Source: an uncultured delta proteobacterium (GTDB lineage Bacteria > Myxococcota_A > Polyangia > Polyangiales > Polyangiaceae). From it: a stretch of DNA of 64,000 bases. Made by a program: the position numbers and the translations under genes. A model generated the notes under the pieces. The model made no database searches. It saw only the letters and a program-made list of their open reading frames with translations, and was not told where the DNA came from. Positions 1 to 12,083 of this stretch are shown piece by piece; within the stretch, counting starts at the first letter, position 1, and each line of letters begins with the position of its first letter. The stretch covers positions 224,001 through 288,000 of the forward strand of contig CAVQUB010000005.1 in NCBI GenBank assembly GCA_963716725.1. The letters are read 5' to 3'.

Positions 1-41
1 AAATGACCGGCGCACGAGTGGCTCGGTCCCTCGACAGCTAG
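1..41 (+). CDS. egtB: 3' end of probable ergothioneine biosynthesis protein EgtB (partial, runs off window start)
   Basis: Reads (Q)MTGARVARSLDS*, resembling the EgtB C-terminal WQxxGxRxA motif; stops 7 nt before egtD. Only 13 codons visible. Confidence 0.4.
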   Translation, partial: MTGARVARSLDS

Positions 42-48
42 ACACCAC

Positions 49-1011
49 ATGGATCACGCAGCATCAGCCATCGCCGACGAAGTCCGACGCGGCCTGACCG
101 CGCCGCAGAAGCGTTTGCCCCCGCACCTCTTCTACGACGAAGAAGGCTCTCGATTGTATGAGCTCATCACCGAGCTCGACGAGTACTACCCGACGCGCAC
201 CGAGCGCGCGATCCTCGAACGGCACGCGCATGAGATCGTCGCGCGCGCAGCCGACGGTGACGCGCAGCCGCTGAGGGTGGTCGAGCTGGGAGCCGGGTCG
301 GCGGACAAGACGCGGTTGATCCTCGCGGCCGTCGTCGCCGCCCAAGGACCCACCACCTACCTCCCGGTGGATGTCTCGCCGACAGCCCTCGACGCAGCCA
401 AGTGCCGCATCGAGTCCGAGCTCAGCGAGGTCCAGGTGCGACCCTTCGTCGGGCGGCACGAAGACGCCGCCGCGACCATCGCCGAGCTGGGACCGCGCCG
501 GCTCGTGCTGTTCATTGGCAGCTCCATCGGCAACTTTGACGACGACGAAGCCGTCCGCTTGCTCTGCTCCGTGCGCCGAGGACTCTTGCCCGGCGCCGCC
601 CTGCTCTTGGGCACGGACATGAAGAAGAGCCCGGCGCGCCTCGTGCCCGCCTACGACGACGCCTCCGGCGTCACCGCCGAGTTCAACAAGAACGTGCTCC
701 GGCGCATCAACCGTGAGCTCGGCGGACAGTTCGATCTCGGGCTATTCCGCCATGTGGCGCTCTGGAACGAGCAGGCGTCCCGAGTCGAGATGCATCTCGA
801 GGCCGGGGTCGAGCACGACGTGTCCATCGAAGCCCTCGGTCTTCGAGTGAAGTTTCATCGCGGTGAACGCATCCACACCGAGTCGAGCATCAAATACGAC
901 TTGCCGCGTGTCGATGCGCTCCTCGGGCGCTCGGGCTTCGTTCGCGAGGCGACCTTCAGCGACGACCAGGGGGCGTTCGGAGTCCACCTCGCCCGCGCCC
1001 AGGTCTCGTGA
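49..1011 (+). CDS. egtD: L-histidine N-alpha-methyltransferase EgtD
   Basis: Motifs LFYDxxGSxLYExIT.L.EYYPTRTE, ELGAGS..KT, GSSIGNF, AYDD..GVTA.FN.N.L, IHTE.S.KY. Confidence 0.95.
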   Translation: MDHAASAIADEVRRGLTAPQKRLPPHLFYDEEGSRLYELITELDEYYPTRTERAILERHAHEIVARAADGDAQPLRVVELGAGSADKTRLILAAVVAAQGPTTYLPVDVSPTALDAAKCRIESELSEVQVRPFVGRHEDAAATIAELGPRRLVLFIGSSIGNFDDDEAVRLLCSVRRGLLPGAALLLGTDMKKSPARLVPAYDDASGVTAEFNKNVLRRINRELGGQFDLGLFRHVALWNEQASRVEMHLEAGVEHDVSIEALGLRVKFHRGERIHTESSIKYDLPRVDALLGRSGFVREATFSDDQGAFGVHLARAQVS

Positions 1012-2303
1012 GGCGTGTCGAGAGCAGCTCGGCGAGTCCGGTCAGCGGCACCGAGACCCAAGTCGGGCGATTGTCGAGCTCGTAGGCGACCTCGTAGAGC
1101 GCCTTCTCGAGCAGGCAGACCTCGAGCTCCGCATGGAAGTCGCGCTCGCCGAGCGGGATCAGGCCAGAGCCGGCGACTCGCTCGCGATAGCCCGCGAGGA
1201 AGGCCGCGCTCGCCGCGCTGAGCCAGCGCTCGCTCCAGGGCAAGAGGAAGCCGACGTCGTCGTGGCGCGGCCCCGTCGAAGGGACCTCGGCCGCGAGCAC
1301 GCTGTGCACGGCGTACTGAAACGAACGCAGCATTCCAGCGACGTCGGTCAGCGCCGGACGGCGCCGTCGCCGGTCGGCGAGGCTTCGCGCCGGCTCGCCC
1401 TCGAAGTCGATGATGGCGAAGTCGCGGCCGGTGAACAGCACCTGTCCCAAGTGAAAGTCGCCGTGCACTCGGATCCCCGTCGACGCGCGGTCGTCGTCGA
1501 GCGGCGTCCGCAACCGCGCCTCAATCGCTCGGCGCTTGCGCAACACGCCCCGCGCCAGCGTCGTGGTCGATTCTGTGAGACGGGGCAGCGCTCGCTCCAG
1601 CATGTCGAGAGAGCGCGCCGCGAGGGTGTGACGCCCCTGATATTCGGGGCGAGCGTTCAGGGGCTTGGGCACGAAGTCCGGGTGCGGCGAGGCAGCGAGC
1701 GCAACGTGCAAGTCGGCGGTGCGCCGCCCGAGCTGTTCCGCGATGGTCGCAAACGCACCGAGCACCTCGCCGTCGGTCGGGGCGCCGCTGCGCTTCCCCG
1801 TCGGAGCGGCGGTCCCCCGCACCATGGCCCGTTCGAAAGAGCGCCGCACCTCGTCCAGCGTGAGCTGCCACGCCGAGCCCTGGTTGGGGATGAACCGCGT
1901 GAAGCTCGCCACGGTTCGGACGATCCCGTCGCCCGCGTGCAGATCGAGACACCCGAGCAGCTCGGGAACCAGGAGCTCGGTCGCACGAGGTGCGAGCTCG
2001 CGCAGCATTTCGACCTCGACGCTGGGTCCATCGTCGAGGCGGCGCATCCATTTGCACACGACCTCGGCACCCAGCACGAAGCAGGTGTTGGTCTGGTCGG
2101 CCGACGTCCGCTGCGCCGTTCCCAGGCTCCGTTGCGTGACCTTCGGACTCACGCTGCCCACCAGGGAACCCCGCGGAGTCTGGGTCCGACGTCCGGCGCG
2201 AGCCAAGCTGAGCAGGATCTCACCCATCCCGGGCTCGTCGCTCACGTCGACGAGCGCGCGGCTCCAATCGCTGCCCTTTCGGCGGACGTGGGCGAGCGCG
2301 TCG

Positions 2304-4223
<1,920 letters not shown>

Positions 4224-4224
4224 G

Positions 4225-5607
4225 CTACCAGCGCCGGCCCCGGGGGGCGCCCTTGAGGTCGGGCCCCCGGTCGACTTCGACCAGTGGGATCTTCTTCGAC
4301 TCTTCCTGGTAGATGCTCTTCATTTCCGCGAGCTTGTCCGGGTGCGAGGCCGCCAAATCGTTGGCCTCCCAGGGGTCCTTGGCCAGGTCGAACAAGAAGA
4401 AGGCCTTGTCGTCGCCGAAGCCGACGATCTTCCAGTCCCCGTCGATGACCGCGCGCCGTCGGTCCATCAGATCGGCTCGCGGCTGGTCGGCGATGACTCG
4501 ACGCTTCGTCGCGGGCTCGTGCCCCAGCACCTCGTCCACCAGGCTCTTGCCGCGGAAGGGCGGCGTCGCCGGCAGGCCCATCAAGTCGGCGATGGTCGGT
4601 GCCAGGTCGATCTGGCTGCGGCGCACGTCGGAGACGATGCGGGGTGCGAGGCCGGGCATGCACACCAGCCACGGCACGCGGATGATGGACTCCCACAGCT
4701 CGTGACCGTGACGATTGTGATCGCGCTCGCCGAAGCCTTCCCCGTGGTCGGAGCTGATGATCACGGCGGTGTTGGACCACCAGGGCTGTTTCTGCGCGAA
4801 GTCGAGCAACTCACCGATCCAATGGTCCGTGTACAGCACCTCATGGTCGTACAGATCGCGGCCGCGCTTGCCGAACTGCTGGAACCCCTTGTGCCGTTCG
4901 TAGGTGTGGTGAGGGTCCATGTAGTGCACGAAGGCGAAGAAGCGCTTGTCGCCGCCGGGCTGGGTGTTCGCGGCGTCGCCGAGCACTTCCCGGGCCAGAT
5001 CCGTGAGGGGCTCGCTGGTCACCGACGAAACCTCTTTGAGATCGACGCCCCCGGGCAGGGTGCGGTGAACGTCGAAGCCCTGTTGGGCCAAGAATGTCGG
5101 CAAGAAGTAGCCGTGCGCGTGCGTCGAAAGCGTCCGGTGTCCGGCGGCCTGGGCCCGCTCGCTGATGAAGAGGTTGTCAGCGTCGGGGTAGCGGGTGAAA
5201 AAATAGGCGTCGCGGCGCATGGCGCTCGGGTATTCACCGACCAGCGCCGGCACGACGCTCTTCGCGGTGTAGCTCGAGAGCGAGTAGCCGTTGGCGTAAG
5301 CGACGCAGTGCTTCTTCCGGAAGGCGTCGATGCGTGGAGTCGTCTCTCGCGGGTAGCCCGTCCACGAAACGTCGCCGCGCAGGCTGTCGACGAAGATCAG
5401 GATCACGTTCAGTGGTTTGCGAGCCGTCGGAGCGCTGCTCGCGCTCGGTGCCGCCGAGGGAGCGGCGACGGCTGCCGGCGGCGCAACGCTCTGCTCCGAC
5501 GCGGGCGGCGGTGCCTTGTGGTCGCATGCCGGAAGGGCGAGGGACAGGGCCAGCGCGGCCAGCGGTAGCTTGAGCGACGTGACCGGTCGCGTCTTGCGCA
5601 GGCGCAC
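4225..5607 (-). CDS. Secreted/lipoprotein sulfatase-like (alkaline phosphatase superfamily) protein, in-frame with upstream otsB
   Basis: Signal/lipobox ...[10 protein letters not shown], Pro/Ala linker, [46 protein letters not shown]. Candidate GTG start at 5607. Confidence 0.85.
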   Translation of the reverse strand: MRLRKTRPVTSLKLPLAALALSLALPACDHKAPPPASEQSVAPPAAVAAPSAAPSASSAPTARKPLNVILIFVDSLRGDVSWTGYPRETTPRIDAFRKKHCVAYANGYSLSSYTAKSVVPALVGEYPSAMRRDAYFFTRYPDADNLFISERAQAAGHRTLSTHAHGYFLPTFLAQQGFDVHRTLPGGVDLKEVSSVTSEPLTDLAREVLGDAANTQPGGDKRFFAFVHYMDPHHTYERHKGFQQFGKRGRDLYDHEVLYTDHWIGELLDFAQKQPWWSNTAVIISSDHGEGFGERDHNRHGHELWESIIRVPWLVCMPGLAPRIVSDVRRSQIDLAPTIADLMGLPATPPFRGKSLVDEVLGHEPATKRRVIADQPRADLMDRRRAVIDGDWKIVGFGDDKAFFLFDLAKDPWEANDLAASHPDKLAEMKSIYQEESKKIPLVEVDRGPDLKGAPRGRRW

Positions 5608-6327
5608 GAGCTCGTCGAGCAGAGTATCCATCTCGCGTTGGTCCTTCAGATGATGGCTGGCCGCTGTCGTCCGCGACGGGCCGACACGTACGCCGAGCAG
5701 ACCGGGTCCCGCCAGCGCGAAGGCGTCCTCGTCGGTGACGTCATCGCCCACGAACAAGACCTCGTCGGCCCCCAGCTCGCGGCGCAGGCGGCGCACCGCC
5801 GTTCCCTTGTGGGGCGCGTTCTTCGGCACAACGTTCACCACCGCGTGGCCGTCCACCCGACGCACGCCGGCGAGCCGGTCGACGGCCGCCGCCACGGCGC
5901 GAAACGCCTTCCGGTGATCGGTCGCGCGCCGGTAGTGCACGCTGAGGGAGCCGCCTTTGTCTTCGATCTCGACGCCGGGCAGATCGGCGAAGTCGGCCTC
6001 GAGCTTTTGGCGCCACCGCAGCACCCGCGGCGAGGGTGCATCAGCGCTGCCGTCTTCCGCTCCGTGGTTCCCGACAATGGCTCGGAGTGGCACGCCGGCG
6101 AGGCGTGCGGCGACGTCGGCTCGGGCCCGCCCCGACACGACGGCTACTGGATAGAGCTTCGCGAGTGCGATGAGCCGCCGCCGCGTGGTCGCGGGCAAGC
6201 GCGCGCGGTCTCGATCGACCACAATCGGCGCCAGCGTGCCGTCGAAGTCGAGGACCAACAGAGCGCGCCCCGCGGCGAGCCTCGCCAACTCCGAGCGGCC
6301 GTCGCGGCCAAAGACGTACCGGGTCAC
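5590..6327 (-). CDS. otsB: Trehalose-6-phosphate phosphatase OtsB (HAD); no stop codon before the sulfatase-like ORF
   Basis: LDFDGTLAPI, VVSGR, GNHGAE, EDKG.SLSVHYR, KG.AV, FVGDDVTDEDAF. GTG start overlaps the otsA stop (GTGA). Confidence 0.9.
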
Positions 6328-8543
6328 GCTGCCTCGTCCGACAGGGAATCGAAGGTGAGGCGCACGCGCTGACGGCGCCGCAAGCGCGCCGCGTCGACCA
6401 GCATGCGCCCTGCCCAGCGATACACGTTGAACTCGGCGATGTGCCTGCGCAGAGCGTGCATGCGCTGACGCTGTTCGGCGGGCGGCATGCTCAGGGCTGC
6501 GGCCAGGGCGCCACTCGCCTGCTCGATGTCGTAGGGATTGACCAGAAAGGCTTCGGGCATCTCTTGGGCGGCTCCCGTGAACTGGCTCAGCACGAGGACT
6601 CCGGCTTCGTCGTCGCGCGCCGCCACGAACTCCTTGGCTACCAGGTTCATGCCGTCGTGCAGGCTGCTCACGTAGACGACGTCCGCGGCCCGATACAGCT
6701 CGAAGACCTGAGGGGGCTCGTGGTGTTCGCGCAAGAGAATCACGGGCAGATAGCCCTCGGTACCGAAGCGTTCGTTGATGCGCTCGGCGAGGGCCACGAC
6801 CGTGTCGTTGAGCTGGCGGTAGCGCTCGAGCGCCGTTCGGCTCGGGGCGGCGACCTGGATGAAGCTGAACCGGCCGCGGTACTCTGGGTGCTTCTCCAGC
6901 AACCGTTCGACGGCTTGGAGCCGCTCCTCGACTCCCTTGGTGTAGTCGAGCCGATCGACGCCGACGCCGATCAGCGCGTCCGCCTTCAACCCGAAGCGCT
7001 CGACCACCTGCTTTCGGCACTCGGCAGCCGGCGGGACCTCCGCCAGCCAGTGAACCGGCCACTCCACCGAGATCGGATAGGGTCGCACGAAGGTCCTCTG
7101 TCCCGAGCGCACCACCGCCGACAGCTCGCGGTCGATCCGAGCCTCGAGATAGCGATCGACGCTGTCGAAGAAGTTGTTGCAGTGCGCCTGGGTGTGAAAC
7201 CCGATGATGCTGCTTCCCAGGAGACCTTCGAGCAATTCCTTGCGCCAGGGACAGATGCCAAAGCGTTCGGCGTTGGGCCACGGCACGTGCCAGAAGGTAA
7301 TCACCGTGGCCTTGGGCAGACGCTCACGGATCATCTGCGGCGCGAGCGCCAGGTGGTAGTCCTGGACCAAGATGATCGGGTCGTCGGTGTCGACCTCGTC
7401 CACCACGGCGTCGACGAACTTGCGACTCGCGGCAGAATACTGCTCGAAATCATCGGCGCGGAACAGCGGCCGGGTGTGCGCAACGTGGCAGAGCGGCCAC
7501 AGCCCCTCGTTGGAGAAGCCGTAGTAAAACCCCTGCTCTTCGGCCTCAGTCAACCACACGCGGCGGATCGCGTAGGACTCTTCACCCGGTGGCACGCGCA
7601 CGCGATCGTTCGAGTCCACCGTGTCGCGGTCGGCGGAGCCGCTGCCGTGCGCCACCCACACGCCCGAGCAGGCGCGCATCACCGGTTCGAGCGCGGTGAC
7701 GAGGCCGCTGGCAGGGTGGATGACGCGGACGCCGCCGTCCTCGGTTCGCTGGTGAATGTAGGGCTCGCGGTTGGCGACGACGATGATGCGCTCACCGTGC
7801 AGATGCCGCTGAAGCGTCTGCTTGAGTCGAGCCGGCGTCCAGTTGCCGGCCTCGAGCTCGGCGTCGCGCTCGCTGACCACGCGTTCCACCAGGGCGCGCA
7901 CGTCGCTGATCAGCGGGCGGAACTCCGGTCGGGTGGGCGACTGCCCGCCGAGCTCGCCGCGCAGCTCGTCGCTCCACCGGCGAAACGCCCTTCTCGTCGC
8001 GAAGAAGGTCAACAGAGACGCCGCGACGGCCAGGAGCGCGAATGCCCCGAGCAGAAAGCGCTGGGTGGTGGTCTCACGCCGGTTCAAGAACGAAAGATCC
8101 TGCACCAGGACCACGAAACCCAGCCGGCCGGTGTCTGACCGCACGGGCATCGCGGAGACGTGTACGTCGCCACCGGGCAGCGCGTGGGTCTCGCCGATCG
8201 GGCGGTGGTCCGCCTGGTCGAGCTGCTGCCCCAGCATTCGGCAGGGGAAGACCGGGGGGAAGTCCCGGGTCCGAGCCACCACCTCGTTCGAGTCGGAACA
8301 GGCCGCAGCAGCCATGATGCGCTCGTCGCGTGTGATCTCGGCGAGCACCTCGGTCAGCTCTCCGGGGTTGTTCCAGTGCAGCACGAGCGACCGGCGCGCG
8401 CCGCTGAGCGCAAGGGCGCTCCGCAGGCGAACGTCCTTCTCGAACCACCCGCGCGTCGTGCGATGCACGAGTCCCCAGGCCGCGGCGGTGAGCAGCGCGA
8501 GCCCGACGACGAGCGCCGCAACGAGTCGGGTGGTCTTCGACAA
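6324..8543 (-). CDS. otsA: Trehalose-6-phosphate synthase OtsA (GT20) with N-terminal two-TM extracytoplasmic domain
   Basis: [66 protein letters not shown]. About 240-aa N-terminal extension with two hydrophobic helices. Confidence 0.93.
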   Translation of the reverse strand: MSKTTRLVAALVVGLALLTAAAWGLVHRTTRGWFEKDVRLRSALALSGARRSLVLHWNNPGELTEVLAEITRDERIMAAAACSDSNEVVARTRDFPPVFPCRMLGQQLDQADHRPIGETHALPGGDVHVSAMPVRSDTGRLGFVVLVQDLSFLNRRETTTQRFLLGAFALLAVAASLLTFFATRRAFRRWSDELRGELGGQSPTRPEFRPLISDVRALVERVVSERDAELEAGNWTPARLKQTLQRHLHGERIIVVANREPYIHQRTEDGGVRVIHPASGLVTALEPVMRACSGVWVAHGSGSADRDTVDSNDRVRVPPGEESYAIRRVWLTEAEEQGFYYGFSNEGLWPLCHVAHTRPLFRADDFEQYSAASRKFVDAVVDEVDTDDPIILVQDYHLALAPQMIRERLPKATVITFWHVPWPNAERFGICPWRKELLEGLLGSSIIGFHTQAHCNNFFDSVDRYLEARIDRELSAVVRSGQRTFVRPYPISVEWPVHWLAEVPPAAECRKQVVERFGLKADALIGVGVDRLDYTKGVEERLQAVERLLEKHPEYRGRFSFIQVAAPSRTALERYRQLNDTVVALAERINERFGTEGYLPVILLREHHEPPQVFELYRAADVVYVSSLHDGMNLVAKEFVAARDDEAGVLVLSQFTGAAQEMPEAFLVNPYDIEQASGALAAALSMPPAEQRQRMHALRRHIAEFNVYRWAGRMLVDAARLRRRQRVRLTFDSLSDEAA

Positions 8544-8580
8544 GGGCCGACCACCTTACTCGTGCAGGGCTACGAGCCAA

Positions 8581-9528
8581 CTAGTTTTGACCTGGGCGGA
8601 ATCTAAACAGATGATCGTCGAACCAACGCGTCGAGGCCTTGCGGATCTCGCCGCGTCCGTCGGCGAGCACACTCGCGTGCGTTTCCCCCGGCAGCAGCAA
8701 GAGCTCGGCGCGTCCCGGCGCAGATTGTGCGATGGCGCGCGCGTTGTCGGCCGACACCTGCGGATCGTCGCTGCCGTGAACGATCAACACCGGCACCTGG
8801 GTGCGCGCTGCGGCATGGGCCGGCGCGGCCGCATCAGCGTCGAAGCCCGCCCACAGCGCGCCCAGATCGACCGCGGAGTCGAGCCAGAGATCGGGCACCG
8901 CCGGCTCGAAGGCTGGCAGTTGCCAGCGCACGTAGTCGCGCGCCACGCCGCGCAACGACGCAAAGGAGGCGACGGCGACCACCGCGCGCACACGAGGATC
9001 GGAGGCGGCGAGCTCCAGGGCCGTAGCGGCGCCATACGAGAAGCCGTGCACGCCGACGGGACCGAGCGCGACGCCGCGCGACTCGAGCGCGTCGAGCACT
9101 CCGGACACGTCGCCTGCGTCGTCGACGCCGTAGGTCAGATAGCCGCCCCCGGATCGGCCGTGGCCACGGAGATCGAGCAGCACCACGCGGTACCCAGCGT
9201 CGAGAAACGCCCGCGCGGCCGGCAACATGCTGTGCTTGTCGAGCCGCACCCCGTGCAGGAGCACGATCGTCCCGCGGGCGGCGGTTTCCGGTTCGACGCG
9301 CCAGGTCGAGATCGCGGTCGGCCGGCTCCCCACCGTGAAGTTCTCGGCCTCGGCCCGTCCGTGATCCGAGAGCTCACTCGGACAGGGGTCGTTCCCCGCG
9401 GAGGCCGTCGAGCCATTGGGTGAGTGCGCGACCGCGTAGGCCACGGTCACGGTGCCGCCCGCCCACATGAAACCCATCGCGCCGAGCGCACGCACCGACC
9501 AGATCAGGAGGGTTCGGGGAGCGGGCAT
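8581..9528 (-). CDS. Alpha/beta hydrolase with N-terminal membrane anchor
   Basis: LLHG, DLRGHGRS, GFSYG nucleophile elbow, HGSDDPQV, terminal His. Confidence 0.88.
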   Translation of the reverse strand: MPAPRTLLIWSVRALGAMGFMWAGGTVTVAYAVAHSPNGSTASAGNDPCPSELSDHGRAEAENFTVGSRPTAISTWRVEPETAARGTIVLLHGVRLDKHSMLPAARAFLDAGYRVVLLDLRGHGRSGGGYLTYGVDDAGDVSGVLDALESRGVALGPVGVHGFSYGAATALELAASDPRVRAVVAVASFASLRGVARDYVRWQLPAFEPAVPDLWLDSAVDLGALWAGFDADAAAPAHAAARTQVPVLIVHGSDDPQVSADNARAIAQSAPGRAELLLLPGETHASVLADGRGEIRKASTRWFDDHLFRFRPGQN

Positions 9529-9540
9529 GGCTGAGGCAGT

Positions 9541-10023
9541 CTAGCGCGTCCCCTGGTCGGCGCTCGAGGCACCTACTTCCTGCGGACGACGGCGCCGAGC
9601 GTAGCGCACGAAGAGCGACCAGCACACCGCGAGGCAGGTGACGACGATGGCCACTTCCCAAATCACCAGCACGGACTCCGTGCGTGGTCGAATGCCGGCT
9701 ACGAAGTTCACCAGCCGACCCGTGAAGGTCCCGTCGGCATGGACACCCGCAGCAGCCCACAGATCCCGCGAGAAGGTCGTCAAGAAGCACTCCCCGAGCA
9801 CCCACTGGGAGCCCTGGGACGCGACCACGAACACCACCGCGTACACCGTGTACGCGAAGCTCAGGCGAGGCCAGCGGTGCCAGAACAACAGCGGCAAACC
9901 CAAAGCCCACGCCGCCATCGCGGCGATGTGGACGATGTCCATGGCGACGGCGAGGGCAGACAGCACGGGTTCGCCCCAGCAAGTTCCGCACCCAAGCCGA
10001 TCGGACGCGGTGCGAGGGGGCAT
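9541..10023 (-). CDS. Small membrane protein, DUF2784-like (start could be 9966)
   Basis: Three hydrophobic helices, H in TM1 and a GECFLT motif. Confidence 0.55.
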   Translation of the reverse strand: MPPRTASDRLGCGTCWGEPVLSALAVAMDIVHIAAMAAWALGLPLLFWHRWPRLSFAYTVYAVVFVVASQGSQWVLGECFLTTFSRDLWAAAGVHADGTFTGRLVNFVAGIRPRTESVLVIWEVAIVVTCLAVCWSLFVRYARRRRPQEVGASSADQGTR

Positions 10024-10122
10024 TGACGCCAGGATTTCCGGAACTCGCGGCAACCACGAAAATTTGGCGCAAGAAGCTGGCGCCCATTTTTCGATCCCGA
10101 CAATCACGGCTAGGTTCCGGCC

Positions 10123-12018
10123 ATGCCCGGCGGCAGCATCGGCAACATCGCTCGACGCTTGCGCGAACTGCTGCGCGGACCGCGCACGCTGGCACCGCTG
10201 GTGTTCGCCAGTAGGGCGCCCCTCGACTTCCGTCTGGCCGGGCGAGCCCTGTCTCACGCGGCGCTGGTCGGACTCACCGCCGGTCTGGTGGGCGCCGCGT
10301 TCTTTGCCGCACTCGAGTACGTCAGCAGCATGCTGCTCGAGGGCGCGGCGGGCTACGCTCCGGTGCGGGCGCAGGGGGAGCAGTTCGCGACTTGGCAGCA
10401 TCACGCCCCGTTTCGGCCGTGGCTGCTGGTGATCCTGCCCGCGCTGGGCGGCCTCGGAGCGGGGCTCGTCGCGCGCTACATCCCGGAGGTCCGCGGCGGC
10501 GGCGCCGACCCGACCATCGAAGCGTTCCACTATCGCCGCGGCATGCTTCGCCGGCGGCTGATCTGGGCCAAACCGTTGGCGTCGATCCTCTCGCTGGGGA
10601 CCGGGGGTGCGGGAGGACGCGAAGGACCGACGATGTTGATCGGTGCGGCCATTGGCTCGACGGTGGCCCGGGTGCTGGGTCTTTCGGTGCGGGAACGACG
10701 CATCTTGCTGGTAGCGGGGATAGCGGCCGGGATCTCGGCCGTGTTTCGTACGCCGCTCGGAGCCGCATTGCTCGCGGTCGAGCTCTTGTACCGCGATGGC
10801 TTCGAGTCGGATGCGCTGATCCCATCGGTGCTGGCCTCCGTCACGGCGTACTCGGTGGTGATCTCGATCTTCGGAGAGAGCACGCTCTTCACGCACGCGC
10901 CGCGCTTTCCCTTCGTACCGGCGCACCTGCCACTCTACGGTCTCTTGGCCTTCGCCATCGCGGTCGTCGCCATCGGCTTCTTGGCCGTGTTCGGTACCAC
11001 TCGCCGCCTGTTCTCCAAGTTGCCGGGTCCCGACTGGATCCGCCCCGCGCTCGGCGGTCTGGCGCTCGGCGTGCTCGCCACTGTGGTCATCACCTTCCTT
11101 GGTGGTGGCGGGTCCGGACGAGGTTTCGGCATTCTCGGCGGTGGCTATGGCGCCGCGCAGGCGGCCATCAGCGGCGCCGATTGGCTGCCACTCGGTTGGA
11201 CCGGCGTGCTGCTCTTGCTGGGCCTCTCGCTGGTGAAGGTCTTCGCCGCCTCGCTGACCATCGGCTCGGGCGGGTCAGCCGGAGACTTCGCGCCGTCCTT
11301 GGCCATCGGCGGCCTGCTCGGCGGCGCGTTCGGACGCGCGGCGCAGATCGTTCTCGCCGATCCACGCATCGACCCGGGCGCCTTTGCCTTGGTGGGCATG
11401 GGCGCGTTCTACGGGGGCATCGCCCACGTGCCGCTGGCTTCCCTGGTGCTCGTCTGCGAGCTCGCCGGCAACTACGATCTCTTGGTGCCGCTCATGCTGA
11501 CCATCGGCATCGCGTTCGTCGCACTTCGGCACAAGGGCATCTACGAGGCGCAAGTCGATACCCTCGCTGACTCTCCAGTGCACCGCGATGCAGTCGTACT
11601 CGACATGCTGCGGGCCGCTCGCGTCAAGGACGTGATGCTATCGGGTCGGCCCTTCGTGTCCTTCGCCTCCGGCTCGACAGCACGCGAGGTCATCGATCAA
11701 GTCGGAGACGCCGACTGGCAGAACGTGTTCCCCGTGGTCGACGCCGAACAGCGTCTGATCGGCCTCGTGACGTCGGAGCTGACGCACGTGCTCGCGCAGC
11801 AGGCCGATGACACCCGCTGGACCATCGTCGCCGATCTGATGCAGCCCGCGGTCGCCCTCGGCTGCGACGACGACTTGCATGCGGCCACCAAGCTGCTGAT
11901 CGAGAGTGGGCTCCGGGAGATCCCCGTCGTCGACGCCGATCGCCGGGTGATCGGCTTCTTGGACGAGGCGGACATCGCCAAGCTGCACCTCCAGTCAGCG
12001 GACCGGGCCGAGACTTGA
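10123..12018 (+). CDS. ClC chloride channel/transporter family protein with C-terminal CBS pair
   Basis: GREGP, GI.AVF.TPLG, GG..G.FAP.L.IGG, CE..GNY.LLVP, then two CBS domains (FPVVD, IPVVD). Confidence 0.93.
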   Translation: MPGGSIGNIARRLRELLRGPRTLAPLVFASRAPLDFRLAGRALSHAALVGLTAGLVGAAFFAALEYVSSMLLEGAAGYAPVRAQGEQFATWQHHAPFRPWLLVILPALGGLGAGLVARYIPEVRGGGADPTIEAFHYRRGMLRRRLIWAKPLASILSLGTGGAGGREGPTMLIGAAIGSTVARVLGLSVRERRILLVAGIAAGISAVFRTPLGAALLAVELLYRDGFESDALIPSVLASVTAYSVVISIFGESTLFTHAPRFPFVPAHLPLYGLLAFAIAVVAIGFLAVFGTTRRLFSKLPGPDWIRPALGGLALGVLATVVITFLGGGGSGRGFGILGGGYGAAQAAISGADWLPLGWTGVLLLLGLSLVKVFAASLTIGSGGSAGDFAPSLAIGGLLGGAFGRAAQIVLADPRIDPGAFALVGMGAFYGGIAHVPLASLVLVCELAGNYDLLVPLMLTIGIAFVALRHKGIYEAQVDTLADSPVHRDAVVLDMLRAARVKDVMLSGRPFVSFASGSTAREVIDQVGDADWQNVFPVVDAEQRLIGLVTSELTHVLAQQADDTRWTIVADLMQPAVALGCDDDLHAATKLLIESGLREIPVVDADRRVIGFLDEADIAKLHLQSADRAET

Positions 12019-12083
12019 TGCGTTGAACGCCCCGGTGAATAGCGGGCACTACGACCCGAAGAGTTCGCTGGTACGCTGAGGCC

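Noticed and set aside
6328..7281. N-terminal 318 aa of the 1018-aa ORF 4225..7281
   Set aside because: Alternative-frame overlap with otsA; the real start is the GTG at 6327.
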